Shown: positions 27,703-37,960, numbered from the stretch's first letter. The stretch: 64,000 nucleotides of DNA from an uncultured delta proteobacterium (GCA_963790475.1 CAWBOS010000012.1:576001-640000), one strand, 5' to 3'. Translations and numbers: made by a program. Notes: a model not told the origin generated them from the letters alone.

Positions 27703-30287
27703 TTTTCATCCAGGAAATTCTTAGACAGGGCCTCAACACTGGTCTCACTATGCATGAGCATATCCATCTGTCTGGTAAATAAAAGCAACCGGCCTAGATG
27801 GTCCAGTTTTTCTTCGATGAGAGAGCACCTATATTTCTGGAAGCGGGCATCTACACGGTCCCCATTGACGTCCACCACAAAATCCAGGGCCTTCAGGATC
27901 AGGCCGATGGCCCGGACACGGCGATTCCGGCGCGTATCATCAGCCGCCCCCCCCTTGAAAGAAAAAGTGATATAATTCATATTATCACTGGGGCCGCAAT
28001 AAGAATCCAGGATGCTGTAATGATAACCCACCCGGGAACTGAAATTGAGATAATTGTCGGAAATGATGGCATAGCTTCTGTCCCCGAAGCGTTCACTCCC
28101 AGCCGGGGGCGGGGCCATCATCTGCTCTCTCATTACCGAAAAGAATCCGCCTAAACTGACCGGTCTTAATTGGGGCTGCTGAAACACTTCATGAGTCATC
28201 CCTCTCAGGAGGGCCTTAAAAGGCACGGAAGCTATATCCTTGACGGTCACTTTCTTCAGTACTTCTTCGGCTTTGGTTGTATTTAGCCCCTCCCCCAGAT
28301 CAATCACATGAAGATCCAAAGGGATCCTGGCATCCAGTTTGAATGCGAACCCCTCTTTCCCGGAGACCAGATCGCTGAGCTGAAACATCTCGGAATAAGA
28401 CCGTTCATGAACCAGTCTCCCGATATCATGGAGGGTCTGGCAATAGTCAGGAGCAAAGTTGGCGGCTTTCGGGTCCATTAAGGTCAAAGGCACTATCAGG
28501 TCGGCTACACGGCGTAGGGATTGATAGACCGGAGTTCCCTTCATCGGGGATTCGGATAGCTTTTGAAAAGAGGATAATTCAGGAACATTTCCTTGATAGA
28601 CTCGTCCTGAATAAGCATCGACGGTTATCTCCATCCCCGAAGGAATAGCCGATGTGGCCATCCGGGTATCCAGGATTGTGGGAACAGCAAATTCCCTGAC
28701 CAGTGAAGCCATGTGGCCGGTGACGCTGCCCAAATCAGTTAAAATAGCACTGGCCTTTTTCATAACGATGACAAATTTGGGAGAGGAATGCCTGGCCACT
28801 AAAACGGCCCCATCCGGGAAATTCAACAGGTCTTCCTCTGAATGAATTTGAAAAGCCGGACCTGACCCTATTCCGGGGAAGGCAACGGCCCCATCCTCGA
28901 TTAACAAAGGATAATTGGGTATCAGGGGAATCGACTTAAGACCCGTTTCAGGAGGATGCACCTGGAGAGGACGGGATTGGAGGATGAGCAGATGCCCGGT
29001 CTCGTCCAAGGCCCATTCAATATCCTGAGGGCTTTTAAAGTGGTCCTCCAATTTTAAGGCCCATTCGGCCAGCATGCCAAGCTGCTCCGGTGAGAGACAG
29101 GGGATGTCCTGGTTTTGAGGGAGGACCGCTATTTCCTTGATTCCCCCTTGGGGATCATTGATTAATTGAACCGGCTTATGAGAAATAGCCGTAACCAGAA
29201 TATCGCGGGAGCTGTCCTTGGCCACCGTATAGGAGTCCGGGGTGATTCTTCCTTCTACGGCATAGGGACCCAGTCCCCAAACGGCGGTGATGGTAATATG
29301 ATCCCCTAAAATATTCAACGGATCGCGGGTATAAATTACACCACTGGCCTGAGAATTGATCATCTGAAGACAGGCCACGCTCATGGCAATATCTTCATCC
29401 CGAATCCCCTTATTCAGACGATAGGCAATGGCCCTGGGAGTAAATAAGCTGGCCACAACCTTTTTATAGGTCTCGATCAATTGATCGGAAGAAACGTTTA
29501 ATACCGAGAGGTATTGTCCGGCGAAGGAGAGTTCACTGTCCTCTCCGATGGCACTGCTCCGCATGGCCACCCGAGGGGATGGGTCCTTTGAGCCGGCCTT
29601 ATTTATCCTCTGAACCAATTGGTCATAGGCCGATCGAATGTCCCGCGCCAACTCATCCGGGAGTTGGGAGGAAAGGATGATTTCTTGGATTTCCCGGCTG
29701 GCCCGGCTGATGGATTCCGGATCGTAGGGGTCGATTTCCATCTTCTTGGCATTGATCTCTTCGAAAAGATTATTATGAGCTAACAAAGTCTCAAAAGCCC
29801 GGGTGGTAATGGCGAATCCTTCCGGGACCGGAAGATATAATCGACTGTGGATTTCACCCAGATTGGCATTCTTCCCTCCCACCCAGTCCATCATCTCTTT
29901 GTTGATTTGAGAATAGGCCAGGGTCGATTCTGTCGGCGGGGGTTCTGTTTTCTGTCCCAGTTCGGATTGGATTTTTAATTTAATTTCTTCCACCACTTCA
30001 AAAAGTTTGCCATAGCGGTGGTTGGATAAGTCATCCAGATTCTTTACCATCCTTAAGACATGGAAGACGGCCCGGTCCGATTGGGTTTTGACGTGAGCCA
30101 TGCCGAAGATTTGATGACCTCTGAGCTTTTCCTCCAGGTCCGTTAAGACCTTCAAAAATTGGGAATTGGAATCCAGAAGCATTTTAAAAGAGGAATATTT
30201 ATATCGAAATAAAAGGGCCAGACGATCCTTGGAAGGAGCTTCCTTTCGCGTTTTCCATCTATGCATTATCTTAAATTTCTTTATCAT
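27681..30287 (-). CDS. PEP synthase/PPDK-like protein: ATP-grasp domain + phospho-His domain + unique C-terminal domain
   Basis: VGGKNANLGE, AMRSSAIGED, SFAGQY, QDIEWA, LQSRP; His motif GSVTGHMASLVRE; no pyruvate-binding TIM barrel. Confidence 0.85.
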   Translation of the reverse strand: MIKKFKIMHRWKTRKEAPSKDRLALLFRYKYSSFKMLLDSNSQFLKVLTDLEEKLRGHQIFGMAHVKTQSDRAVFHVLRMVKNLDDLSNHRYGKLFEVVEEIKLKIQSELGQKTEPPPTESTLAYSQINKEMMDWVGGKNANLGEIHSRLYLPVPEGFAITTRAFETLLAHNNLFEEINAKKMEIDPYDPESISRASREIQEIILSSQLPDELARDIRSAYDQLVQRINKAGSKDPSPRVAMRSSAIGEDSELSFAGQYLSVLNVSSDQLIETYKKVVASLFTPRAIAYRLNKGIRDEDIAMSVACLQMINSQASGVIYTRDPLNILGDHITITAVWGLGPYAVEGRITPDSYTVAKDSSRDILVTAISHKPVQLINDPQGGIKEIAVLPQNQDIPCLSPEQLGMLAEWALKLEDHFKSPQDIEWALDETGHLLILQSRPLQVHPPETGLKSIPLIPNYPLLIEDGAVAFPGIGSGPAFQIHSEEDLLNFPDGAVLVARHSSPKFVIVMKKASAILTDLGSVTGHMASLVREFAVPTILDTRMATSAIPSGMEITVDAYSGRVYQGNVPELSSFQKLSESPMKGTPVYQSLRRVADLIVPLTLMDPKAANFAPDYCQTLHDIGRLVHERSYSEMFQLSDLVSGKEGFAFKLDARIPLDLHVIDLGEGLNTTKAEEVLKKVTVKDIASVPFKALLRGMTHEVFQQPQLRPVSLGGFFSVMREQMMAPPPAGSERFGDRSYAIISDNYLNFSSRVGYHYSILDSYCGPSDNMNYITFSFKGGAADDTRRNRRVRAIGLILKALDFVVDVNGDRVDARFQKYRCSLIEEKLDHLGRLLLFTRQMDMLMHSETSVEALSKNFLDENYSLSSS

Positions 30288-30652
30288 TTTAAGGTAATAT
30301 AATCAAGCCCCCCAGAGAATGCAACATTTTCTTCCAGGTCTTTCCCCTCAGGTAAGGCCAACCCCGGGAGCCGGCCCGGGTCAAGGATGAAATTGAAACT
30401 TCCACCCTGACTCTTCTACTCCCTTTTTGTCTTCCACCCAAAACTGAAGACCCCTCCTGTAAGAAAAAATGGGGCCTTGTAGGACTGCTTTATGGGACTT
30501 CTTTTCTATTTGACGGGAAACAGATTTGGAAGCAGGGTAACTCCCGTTAAAAATGATTAAACCTTACTTTCTGTTGAAGGAGTTTCCCGGATGGAATAGA
30601 GGAAGGCGGGAGGTAATGGCAGAAAGGAAGGGATCAAAACCCCCTCAAATCC

Positions 30653-30820
30653 TCATCCGCGTTTGCGGATATACTCCGACAGATAACCCATGCCGAGAAA
30701 GAAGACGGTCAAACTGATGATGCCGGGATAGGAAGTGCGTTGAAAAAACCAGCGGCTCAAAAGGATGGCCATCACCAGACTAAGGATGGCCCGTATCAAA
30801 AATTTTACCCAGGAGGACAT
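30653..30820 (-). CDS. Small 55-aa two-TM membrane protein (not in ORF track)
   Basis: MSSWVKFLIRAILSLVMAILLSRWFFQRTSYPGIISLTVFFLGMGYLSEYIRKRG; AAGGA upstream; follows cinA. Confidence 0.65.
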   Translation of the reverse strand: MSSWVKFLIRAILSLVMAILLSRWFFQRTSYPGIISLTVFFLGMGYLSEYIRKRG

Positions 30821-30857
30821 CAGCTCGATTCCTTATTCTCTTCCCCGATTACCTGAT

Positions 30858-32060
30858 TCAGGCCGGTAAAAGTTTTCTTCTCAACCAATCCAAAGCCAGG
30901 ACAGTCACCCGGTCGGGCAGAGTCTCGCCAAATCCTCCGATTTTATAAGAAAAGGCCTCTTTCTTCTTTCCGGCCAGGGCCAGAGAAAGGGTTTGTTCCC
31001 CGGCCGTGCCTTCCACCCAGACCCCCAGGCCAAGATCGCTGAAAAATAATTTCCTGGTTTTTTTTGCCAGGAACAGGGCCATAGCCTCTTTTTCGAGGGC
31101 CGGCCTTGGAAAGGGCCACCCGCCGCCAGAGACCAATACCAGACTGCCTTTAAAAAAGGGACTGCCTGTGCTCTGAAATCTTTGGCTGATCCTTCCGGCG
31201 GTGAAAGTTTCCGCCGCGCTCAACGATAATTGTTTTTGCGCCAGCAATAAAGCCGACACCCCTTCCAGGGTCTCATCCCCCTGACCAAAGATCAGCATTC
31301 CCAAACGTTCCCTAATCTTGGTTTCCATGCCGGCAATAATCGACTGGGTTTCCTTTTTATCCCTTCCATGGGCGGTGATCCGGATCCGGATTTCACCTAC
31401 TGAGGCCAGCAGACCGATAACCGGGTTCTTGCTGTCCCTTATGAGATCGCCGATCTGTTCATCCACCCGGCTCTCACCCAGACCGCAGACCTTGAGGACC
31501 TTATATTCGATCAAGCCCTGATCCCGCCCCAATTTCTTTTTTAAAAAAGGCAGGACCGTGTCCTCTATCATTTTCTTCATTTCCCGGGGAACCCCCGGCA
31601 GGACGGCTATAAACCTGCCGGTCTCTGTTTCCAGTATGAATCCCGGGGCCGTTCCCTGGAGATTGGGAATGAGTCGCGCCCCGGCCGGCAAATAAGCTTG
31701 CTTGCGATTGTTGGCGGCCATGACAAATCCGGCCCGGTCAAAAAAAGATTTGATTAGTTGAAATAGTTTGGGATGGAAGACCAGTTTCTTCCCACAAACT
31801 TCGGCCACAATCTCCCGGGTCAAATCATCTTCGGTAGGTCCGATCCCCCCGGTGGTAATGATGACCTTGGATCTCTGGATGGCCCGGCGGATCACCGGGA
31901 TCATCCGTTTGGGATCATCCCCGACCATGGTTTGGAAAGCGGTTTCCAAACCGATTTCCTGCAAACGGGAGGCTATATGGGAAGTATTGGTATCAATAAT
32001 CTGCCCTAAAAGCAGTTCCGATCCAATGGCAATAATTTCAGCCGTATTTTTATTATTCAT
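30858..32060 (-). CDS. cinA: CinA family protein (MoCF-like ADP-ribose pyrophosphatase domain + degenerate PncC-like domain)
   Basis: IAIGSELLLGQIIDTN, GGIGPTEDDLTR, GTAPG, LPGVPREM; start reassigned to MNNKN. Confidence 0.88.
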   Translation of the reverse strand: MNNKNTAEIIAIGSELLLGQIIDTNTSHIASRLQEIGLETAFQTMVGDDPKRMIPVIRRAIQRSKVIITTGGIGPTEDDLTREIVAEVCGKKLVFHPKLFQLIKSFFDRAGFVMAANNRKQAYLPAGARLIPNLQGTAPGFILETETGRFIAVLPGVPREMKKMIEDTVLPFLKKKLGRDQGLIEYKVLKVCGLGESRVDEQIGDLIRDSKNPVIGLLASVGEIRIRITAHGRDKKETQSIIAGMETKIRERLGMLIFGQGDETLEGVSALLLAQKQLSLSAAETFTAGRISQRFQSTGSPFFKGSLVLVSGGGWPFPRPALEKEAMALFLAKKTRKLFFSDLGLGVWVEGTAGEQTLSLALAGKKKEAFSYKIGGFGETLPDRVTVLALDWLRRKLLPA

Positions 32061-32088
32061 TATCAAGGCTTTCTGATTATGGGCCAGG

Positions 32089-32358
32089 TTATTGTCTGCG
32101 GACCTTACCCCAATCCGGTTTTCTTTTTTCGAAAAAGGCGGAGATGCCTTCCCTCTTTTCTTCGGCCGGGACCTGGTCTTCAAGATAACCGCCCATGGCT
32201 CTGGCCTCATCGTAGGGCAAATTGTAACCCCTGAGGAGATGTTCTTTCCTGGCCCTCAGATGGGTAGGGCAGTTGCCCAGCAGCGTTTCGGCCATTTCCA
32301 TGGCCGAGGGCATCAAATCCTTACCTTTTTTCTCATAGAGCACTAATGACTGGGACAT
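32089..32358 (-). pseudogene. Enoyl-CoA hydratase remnant with internal deletion
   Basis: N-terminal MSQSLVLYEKKG joined directly to the crotonase tail (EGISAFFEKRKPDW); catalytic core absent; RBS and promoter retained. Confidence 0.75.
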
Positions 32359-32468
32359 GGGTACCTCCTTTGAATGCAGGATACTTTGATATGGGCTTGC
32401 TTTTGAATGAAAAGAATATAGAATAGGGAAAAGACAGGGTCAAGAAGAAAAGGGAGGAGAATCGACCT

Positions 32469-33614
32469 ATGAAATATCGACCTTTTGGCCAGCTCGACTT
32501 TCAAGTTTCGGCACTCGGGTTCGGGGCCATGCGGCTTCCGGTGATCGATGGGGATCAGGGAAAAATCAATGAGCCGGAGGCGGTCAGGATGATCCGTTAT
32601 GCCATTGATCATGGCGTCAACTACGTGGATACGGCCTGGCCCTACCACGAAGGTCGCAGCGAAGGGGCGGTGGGAAAAGCGCTCCAAGACCGGTATCGGA
32701 ATAAGGTCAAATTGGCCACCAAATCACCGGCCCGGCTGGTCAAAACCGCCGCAGACTTTGATCGTTTTCTGAATGAACAACTCCAGCGTTTGCAGACCGA
32801 TCATCTGGATTTTTATCTTTTGCACGGGCTCAACAAAAGAACCTGGCCGATAGTCCGCGATTTGGACGTGTTTGACTGGGCGGAAAAGACCATACGGGAG
32901 GGCAGATTCCTCCACCTTGGATTTTCATTTCATGACGAGCTGGAGGTGTTCAAGGAAATTGTTGATGCCTATGAGCGATGGACTTTCTGCCAAATCCAAT
33001 ACAATTTTATGGATACGGAATATCAGGCGGGCACCAAAGGACTTCAGTACGCGGCGGACAAGGGATTGGCCGTGGTGATAATGGAACCCATACGGGGTGG
33101 GCAGTTAGCCAAACAGCCACCGGAGAGCGTGGTCCAAATATGGGAATCAGCGTCGAAGAAACGATCGCCGGCCGAATGGGCCTTGCAATGGGTCTGGAAC
33201 CATCCGGAGGTCTCCACGGTCTTAAGCGGAATGACCACCATGGAACAGGTTATGGAAAATGTTGAAGCGGCGGATCGTTCCGGCCCAAAGACCCTCAACG
33301 AAGAAGATTTGTCCTTGATAGGAAAGGTTGGGGAAGAATATGGGAAAAAATCTCCCATCCCCTGTACCAAATGCAAATACTGCCTCCCCTGCCCCAATGA
33401 AGTCAATATTCCGGGAATTTTGGGATTATATAACGATGCCATGATGTATGGCGACCCGATACGCATGCGGCGCCTTTATCAAATTCGAATCCAGGAAGGC
33501 GAGCGGGCCGATCAATGTCTGGAATGCAAGGAATGCGAAGACCTCTGCCCCCAGGGGATTGCTATTTCGGAATGGATCAAAAGGGCGGATGAATTGCTTG
33601 ACCCCAAGCGTTGA
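32469..33614 (+). CDS. Aldo/keto reductase with C-terminal 4Fe-4S dicluster
   Basis: LGFGAMRLP, YVDTAWPY, LATK, GFSFH; CTKCKYCLPCP and CLECKECEDLCP. Confidence 0.9.
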   Translation: MKYRPFGQLDFQVSALGFGAMRLPVIDGDQGKINEPEAVRMIRYAIDHGVNYVDTAWPYHEGRSEGAVGKALQDRYRNKVKLATKSPARLVKTAADFDRFLNEQLQRLQTDHLDFYLLHGLNKRTWPIVRDLDVFDWAEKTIREGRFLHLGFSFHDELEVFKEIVDAYERWTFCQIQYNFMDTEYQAGTKGLQYAADKGLAVVIMEPIRGGQLAKQPPESVVQIWESASKKRSPAEWALQWVWNHPEVSTVLSGMTTMEQVMENVEAADRSGPKTLNEEDLSLIGKVGEEYGKKSPIPCTKCKYCLPCPNEVNIPGILGLYNDAMMYGDPIRMRRLYQIRIQEGERADQCLECKECEDLCPQGIAISEWIKRADELLDPKR

Positions 33615-33715
33615 ACAAGAAAAACATTAAAAATATAGGTGAAGTTCGGCTCATTTTTTTCAGAAAATAATCTTCCCACCGAACAGGACCCCCGCCAAAG
33701 GTTTCAGGAGAAAGC

Positions 33716-34939
33716 ATGTCTGATTTGTTGAAAAAAGAAATTTCCGCCATAGAAAAAGAAGTCCTAAGCCTTCGTCGTGATTTCCACCGACATCCAGAAA
33801 TAGGTTTGAAAGAGATTCGTACCTCAGGAGTTATCGCCGAATATTTGGGGAAGGCCGGCCTGGCTGTTAAAACAGAGGTGGGGCAAACCGGTGTGGTCGG
33901 TTTACTTCAGGGAAAGAATCCCGGAAAAACATTAATGATTCGTGCGGATATGGATGGCCTTCCCATCCAGGAAAAAACCCAGGTCCCTTATCGGTCTGAA
34001 AATGACGGGGTCATGCATGCCTGCGGTCATGATGGTCATATGGCCATTTTACTGGGGGCGGCAAAAATATTGAAGTCCCACCGGGGTGAGATTTCAGGAA
34101 ATATAAAATTTGTCTTTCAACCCGGTGAAGAAGGCTACGACGGGGCACGATTGATGATCGAGGAGGGCGTTTTAGAAGACCCCAAGGTTGACGCGGCGAT
34201 CGGTCTTCACCTCGGTAATAAGCTTCAGGTCGGAAAGATTGGGGTCAGGGATGGGGCAACCATGGCCAGTTCGGATGCTTTTTCCATCAGGGTCTATCGT
34301 CAAATGGGTCACGGTGCTCACCCGGAAAGCGGGGTGGATGCTATTTTTATCAGCGGTAACGTCATCACTTCTTTGCAGAGTCTGGTCAGCAGGGAGGTTT
34401 CAGCCCTAAATCCGGTCGTGGTGCATATCGGAATGATAAAAGGCGGGACAGCGGGAAACATTATTGCCGATCGGGTAACCCTCAGAACCGTAGTCAGGAC
34501 CTTGGATGCCGAGCTCCGGGGAACCATCCAGCAGAGGATGGATCGAATTCTTAAAGGGATCACCTCCGCCTTTCGAGGCTCTCATGCGATAAGATATCTT
34601 GGCGGGGTCGGCCCGGTTATAAACGATCCGGCCATCTCCGATGTGATCAGGTCGGCGGCGATTCAATCGGTCGGCAGGGGAAATATCATCAACCCGGAAC
34701 CTTCCATGGGTAGTGATGATATGGCCAGATTTCTGGAAGCGGTCCCAGGCTGCTATTTCGGTCTTGGAGTAGGAAATAAGGAAAGAGGTTTTCACTATCC
34801 CGTCCATCATCCAATGTTTGATATGGATGAAGACGGCCTGGTCATCGGGGTTGAAACCCTGGTGCGATCCGCTTTGCTCTATCTCAAATCGGATGATCAT
34901 GAAATTGCCCTTTATACGGGGTCTAATAAGAGAGGGTGA
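33716..34939 (+). CDS. M20D family amidohydrolase
   Basis: RRDFHRHPE, RADMDGLP, MHACGHDGH, FQPGEEG, HHPMF. Confidence 0.9.
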   Translation: MSDLLKKEISAIEKEVLSLRRDFHRHPEIGLKEIRTSGVIAEYLGKAGLAVKTEVGQTGVVGLLQGKNPGKTLMIRADMDGLPIQEKTQVPYRSENDGVMHACGHDGHMAILLGAAKILKSHRGEISGNIKFVFQPGEEGYDGARLMIEEGVLEDPKVDAAIGLHLGNKLQVGKIGVRDGATMASSDAFSIRVYRQMGHGAHPESGVDAIFISGNVITSLQSLVSREVSALNPVVVHIGMIKGGTAGNIIADRVTLRTVVRTLDAELRGTIQQRMDRILKGITSAFRGSHAIRYLGGVGPVINDPAISDVIRSAAIQSVGRGNIINPEPSMGSDDMARFLEAVPGCYFGLGVGNKERGFHYPVHHPMFDMDEDGLVIGVETLVRSALLYLKSDDHEIALYTGSNKRG

Positions 34940-34957
34940 AGAGAGCCGGGAGGTTTA

Positions 34958-36388
34958 ATGGATATATTCCAGGAATACGAAAACTATGATGCATTAGGTC
35001 TGGCACAACTTGTCAAAGAGGGTGACATCAGGGCCGAAGAGCTCCTGGAGGCGGCTGTTAACCGGGTTGAGAAACACAATCTCAAGCTCAACGCGGTCGT
35101 CAATAAGATGTACGATCAAGCGAGGGCTAGCATTGCCGCCGGTCTGCCCAAAGGCCCCTTAGAGGGGGTTCCATTTCTATTAAAGGATTTGGGGGTTTTT
35201 TATAAGGGCGTTCCGACCACCTATGGTTCCCGGATGTTCACAGAAGCTATCCCGGACCATGATTCGGAGCTGGTCCTCAGATACAGAAAGGCAGGACTGG
35301 TTATCTTCGGCAAGACCAACACCCCGGAATTTGGTATGACCCTCACCACCGAACCTCTGCTCTTCGGACCCTGTCGTAATCCCTGGAATCCGGCTCGCAC
35401 ACCCGGAGGATCAAGCGGGGGCGCGGGGGCGGCCGTCGCCTCAGGCATGGTCCCCGTAGCCCATGCCTCGGACGGTGGAGGATCGATTCGAGTCCCGGCC
35501 TCCTGCTGCGGACTTTTCGGGTTAAAACCCACCCGGGCCAGGACCTCTTTTGCACCTGACGCCGGAGAGGGCTGGGCCGGCATGAGCGTGCATCATGTTA
35601 TCAGCCGTTCGGTGAGGGACAGCGCGGCCTTTTTAGACGCGACGGCCGGACCTGTTCCCGGAGACCCCTATTGGGCTCCGCCCCCTAAACGTCTATTCCT
35701 CGACGAGGTCGGGGAACCTCCGGGGCGGTTAAAAATTGCATTTACGACGACTCCCCCGACCGGGATGGCAGTGGATCAGGAGTGCATCCAGGCCACCCAG
35801 GCGGCCGCGAAATTGTGTGAGGAACTGGGTCATCAGGTCGAGGAAAAGGCCCCGATCATAGATCAGGAAGTTTTGGGTCCCGCGGTGGTGAATATAATTA
35901 ACGTCAGCATATTGGGAAATATTGCGCTTAGGCTTAAGGAGCTTGGCCGGGAATTACTCCCGGAAGATGTGGAGAAGGTCACCTGGCGCGCCGCTGAAAA
36001 CGGGAAAACCCTCTCGGCCGCCGATTACTTCAACTCGGTCCAGACCATTCACCGGACCGGAAGGCAGGCGGCGCTATTTTTTGAGGACTACGATATCCTC
36101 TTGAGTCCTGTTTTACTGAAACCGCCAATTTTACTGGGAAGGCTGAATATGATGACCGATGATATGAGGCAGTACGTCCGGGAATTGACCGGTTTTTTCG
36201 GTTTTACCAGTCTGTTTAATGCCACAGGGCAGCCTTCCATGTCTGTTCCCCTTTATTGGACGGCAGACAATCTGCCGGTCGGTCTGCAATTTACGGCCCG
36301 ATTCGGTGAAGAGGCCGTGCTGTTTCGTCTGGCTTCCCAGCTCGAAACGGAGCGCCCCTGGAAAGACCGGAGACCGGTCTTGGATTAA
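34958..36388 (+). CDS. Amidase (amidase-signature family)
   Basis: GVPFLLKDL, GKTNTPE, GGSSGG, SDGGGSIRVPAS. Confidence 0.92.
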   Translation: MDIFQEYENYDALGLAQLVKEGDIRAEELLEAAVNRVEKHNLKLNAVVNKMYDQARASIAAGLPKGPLEGVPFLLKDLGVFYKGVPTTYGSRMFTEAIPDHDSELVLRYRKAGLVIFGKTNTPEFGMTLTTEPLLFGPCRNPWNPARTPGGSSGGAGAAVASGMVPVAHASDGGGSIRVPASCCGLFGLKPTRARTSFAPDAGEGWAGMSVHHVISRSVRDSAAFLDATAGPVPGDPYWAPPPKRLFLDEVGEPPGRLKIAFTTTPPTGMAVDQECIQATQAAAKLCEELGHQVEEKAPIIDQEVLGPAVVNIINVSILGNIALRLKELGRELLPEDVEKVTWRAAENGKTLSAADYFNSVQTIHRTGRQAALFFEDYDILLSPVLLKPPILLGRLNMMTDDMRQYVRELTGFFGFTSLFNATGQPSMSVPLYWTADNLPVGLQFTARFGEEAVLFRLASQLETERPWKDRRPVLD

Positions 36389-36398
36389 TAAGACCATT

Positions 36399-37805
36399 GA
36401 ACCTTTTGCAAAACTTATAAAAACTGCATGATGAAATATATCAGCAGGCAGTTATCCCAGTCGATTTAGAAATTTTGGGTCTTTCTTAACGACGATAGTC
36501 AGATTTGAGACTTTGGTAACAATTTTCAGGCATAGTTCTCCTCCTGACCTGAACTTTTCACCCCGTTCTTTGAAAATTTACTCAGGAAGCCAACTTTATC
36601 AACTGATCCGCAAAGAGCGCCAGGACGCCAAACATGAGATGGAGATTGACTTTCAAGGCTCCTCGGACCATGACATTCTTGGCACCGAACTCTTCTTTTA
36701 ACCGGCTATTGAACCGTTCTGATGCTGTCCTTCCATTAAATCTTCTGGCCTCGTGGGGAGCCATAGGGATCACATCCTTACCGCGGAAGTTCTTGTCGAT
36801 AATGGGCACATGTCCCAGAGCTCTGCTGATTGCATAGATAGATCCAGCGTCATAAGCGGCATCCATCAAATCATAAAGATAATCCACCTTGGAACTAGTC
36901 ATCTTCATTAACGGTATAGCGACCTGGCTGTCATGAAGCGATGCTGCGGTCAAGACGACACTCACCGGCAATCCGCAATCATTAACATCGGCATGGAGTT
37001 TATACCCGACCCAGGTCTCTTTGTACCCTTTGGAGTTCTTCTTGGTCCCTACGTCGCAGTAAACCGGCAATTCTTTTAAGGCCTCTTCAACTGATTGCTC
37101 TCGTTGCCTGGTCAAGCGTTTGTCTTCCTTGGAATCACGGAGTTCTCCCTTGACTGGACGTCCTCTCTTCTTCGGCGCAGGCTTTTCTTTTACAGGCTTC
37201 TTAGTCGGCTTTTCCCGACCTTCTATGGCCGTTGCGTCTCGGGATATATGACCAACCAGTTCCGGCTTTAAACAACGTTCCACCAGGGCTTCGTGAACTT
37301 TTTCGCCAAGCCCCCCTTCGGCAAACTCCGCAAAGGCCCTGGAAAAAGTGGCCTCAGAGGGAATGTCGGATACCTTTTCGAACCCGCAGATGCGTCTTAC
37401 ATTAGACGTCGTTTTCAAATGTTCAATGGTTGATCTGGTGAAGGAATGGTTATAGACCGTCTTGGCCACAAAAGCCCGCGCTATCGCTTGGCGCTCAAGG
37501 ATCTTCCTCCCCATCCACTGATTTAAAGAACTCCGGGGAACATATCTTTCAACCTCAACCAGTTCCAATATCGTCACCAGCCGTTCCTCTTTTTCAGTCA
37601 AAGGCTGTTCCCAACATTCTTCTAAATCGGAAAATAAACCTTGTTGCAATCTACCCCTTAACCATGATACTTTTTTCCAGAGCTTCATCGGTGTCTCCTG
37701 TGTTTTTTTGTGTTCTTTCTAAACATCATCTTAACACAGAACCACCGCTGAGGCTCACTCTTTATGCTTGTCTATTCCCTAAAAATAGACTTTTGCAAGA
37801 GGCTC
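36399..37805 (-). mobile_element. Complete insertion sequence (IS1182/IS5-like DDE), 1407 bp
   Basis: Terminal IRs GAACCTTTTGCAAAA and (reverse complement) GAGCCTCTTGCAAAA; CATT direct repeats at 36395-36398 and 37806-37809. Confidence 0.88.
36582..37688 (-). CDS. DDE transposase
   Basis: IPSEATFSRAF, ISRDATAI, GYKLH, LMDAAYD, RTASERFNSRLK. Confidence 0.9.
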   Translation of the reverse strand: MKLWKKVSWLRGRLQQGLFSDLEECWEQPLTEKEERLVTILELVEVERYVPRSSLNQWMGRKILERQAIARAFVAKTVYNHSFTRSTIEHLKTTSNVRRICGFEKVSDIPSEATFSRAFAEFAEGGLGEKVHEALVERCLKPELVGHISRDATAIEGREKPTKKPVKEKPAPKKRGRPVKGELRDSKEDKRLTRQREQSVEEALKELPVYCDVGTKKNSKGYKETWVGYKLHADVNDCGLPVSVVLTAASLHDSQVAIPLMKMTSSKVDYLYDLMDAAYDAGSIYAISRALGHVPIIDKNFRGKDVIPMAPHEARRFNGRTASERFNSRLKEEFGAKNVMVRGALKVNLHLMFGVLALFADQLIKLAS

Positions 37806-37833
37806 CATTATAACTCGCGCAACCATTTTCCGA

Positions 37834-37960
37834 TCAGGATTTTTGCTTCTCTGAACGGGCCAGTGCTTCCTTGACCGGTTTCCGGGTCAGGGGCAGCTCA
37901 TAGAGCCGTGCATCCATGGCGGTATCGAAGTTGGTGTCAAGTACCTCCCCCCTTTGAGCC
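37834..37960 (-). pseudogene. Remnant of a xanthine dehydrogenase/isoquinoline oxidoreductase molybdopterin subunit C-terminus
   Basis: Translates KGGEVLDTNFDT|AMDARLYELPLTRKPVKEALAR*, two family motifs with the intervening part missing. Confidence 0.5.

Noticed and set aside
32061-32210. Extended N-terminus of CinA
   Set aside because: It is an alternative frame of the hydratase remnant; CinA homology begins at AEIIAIG
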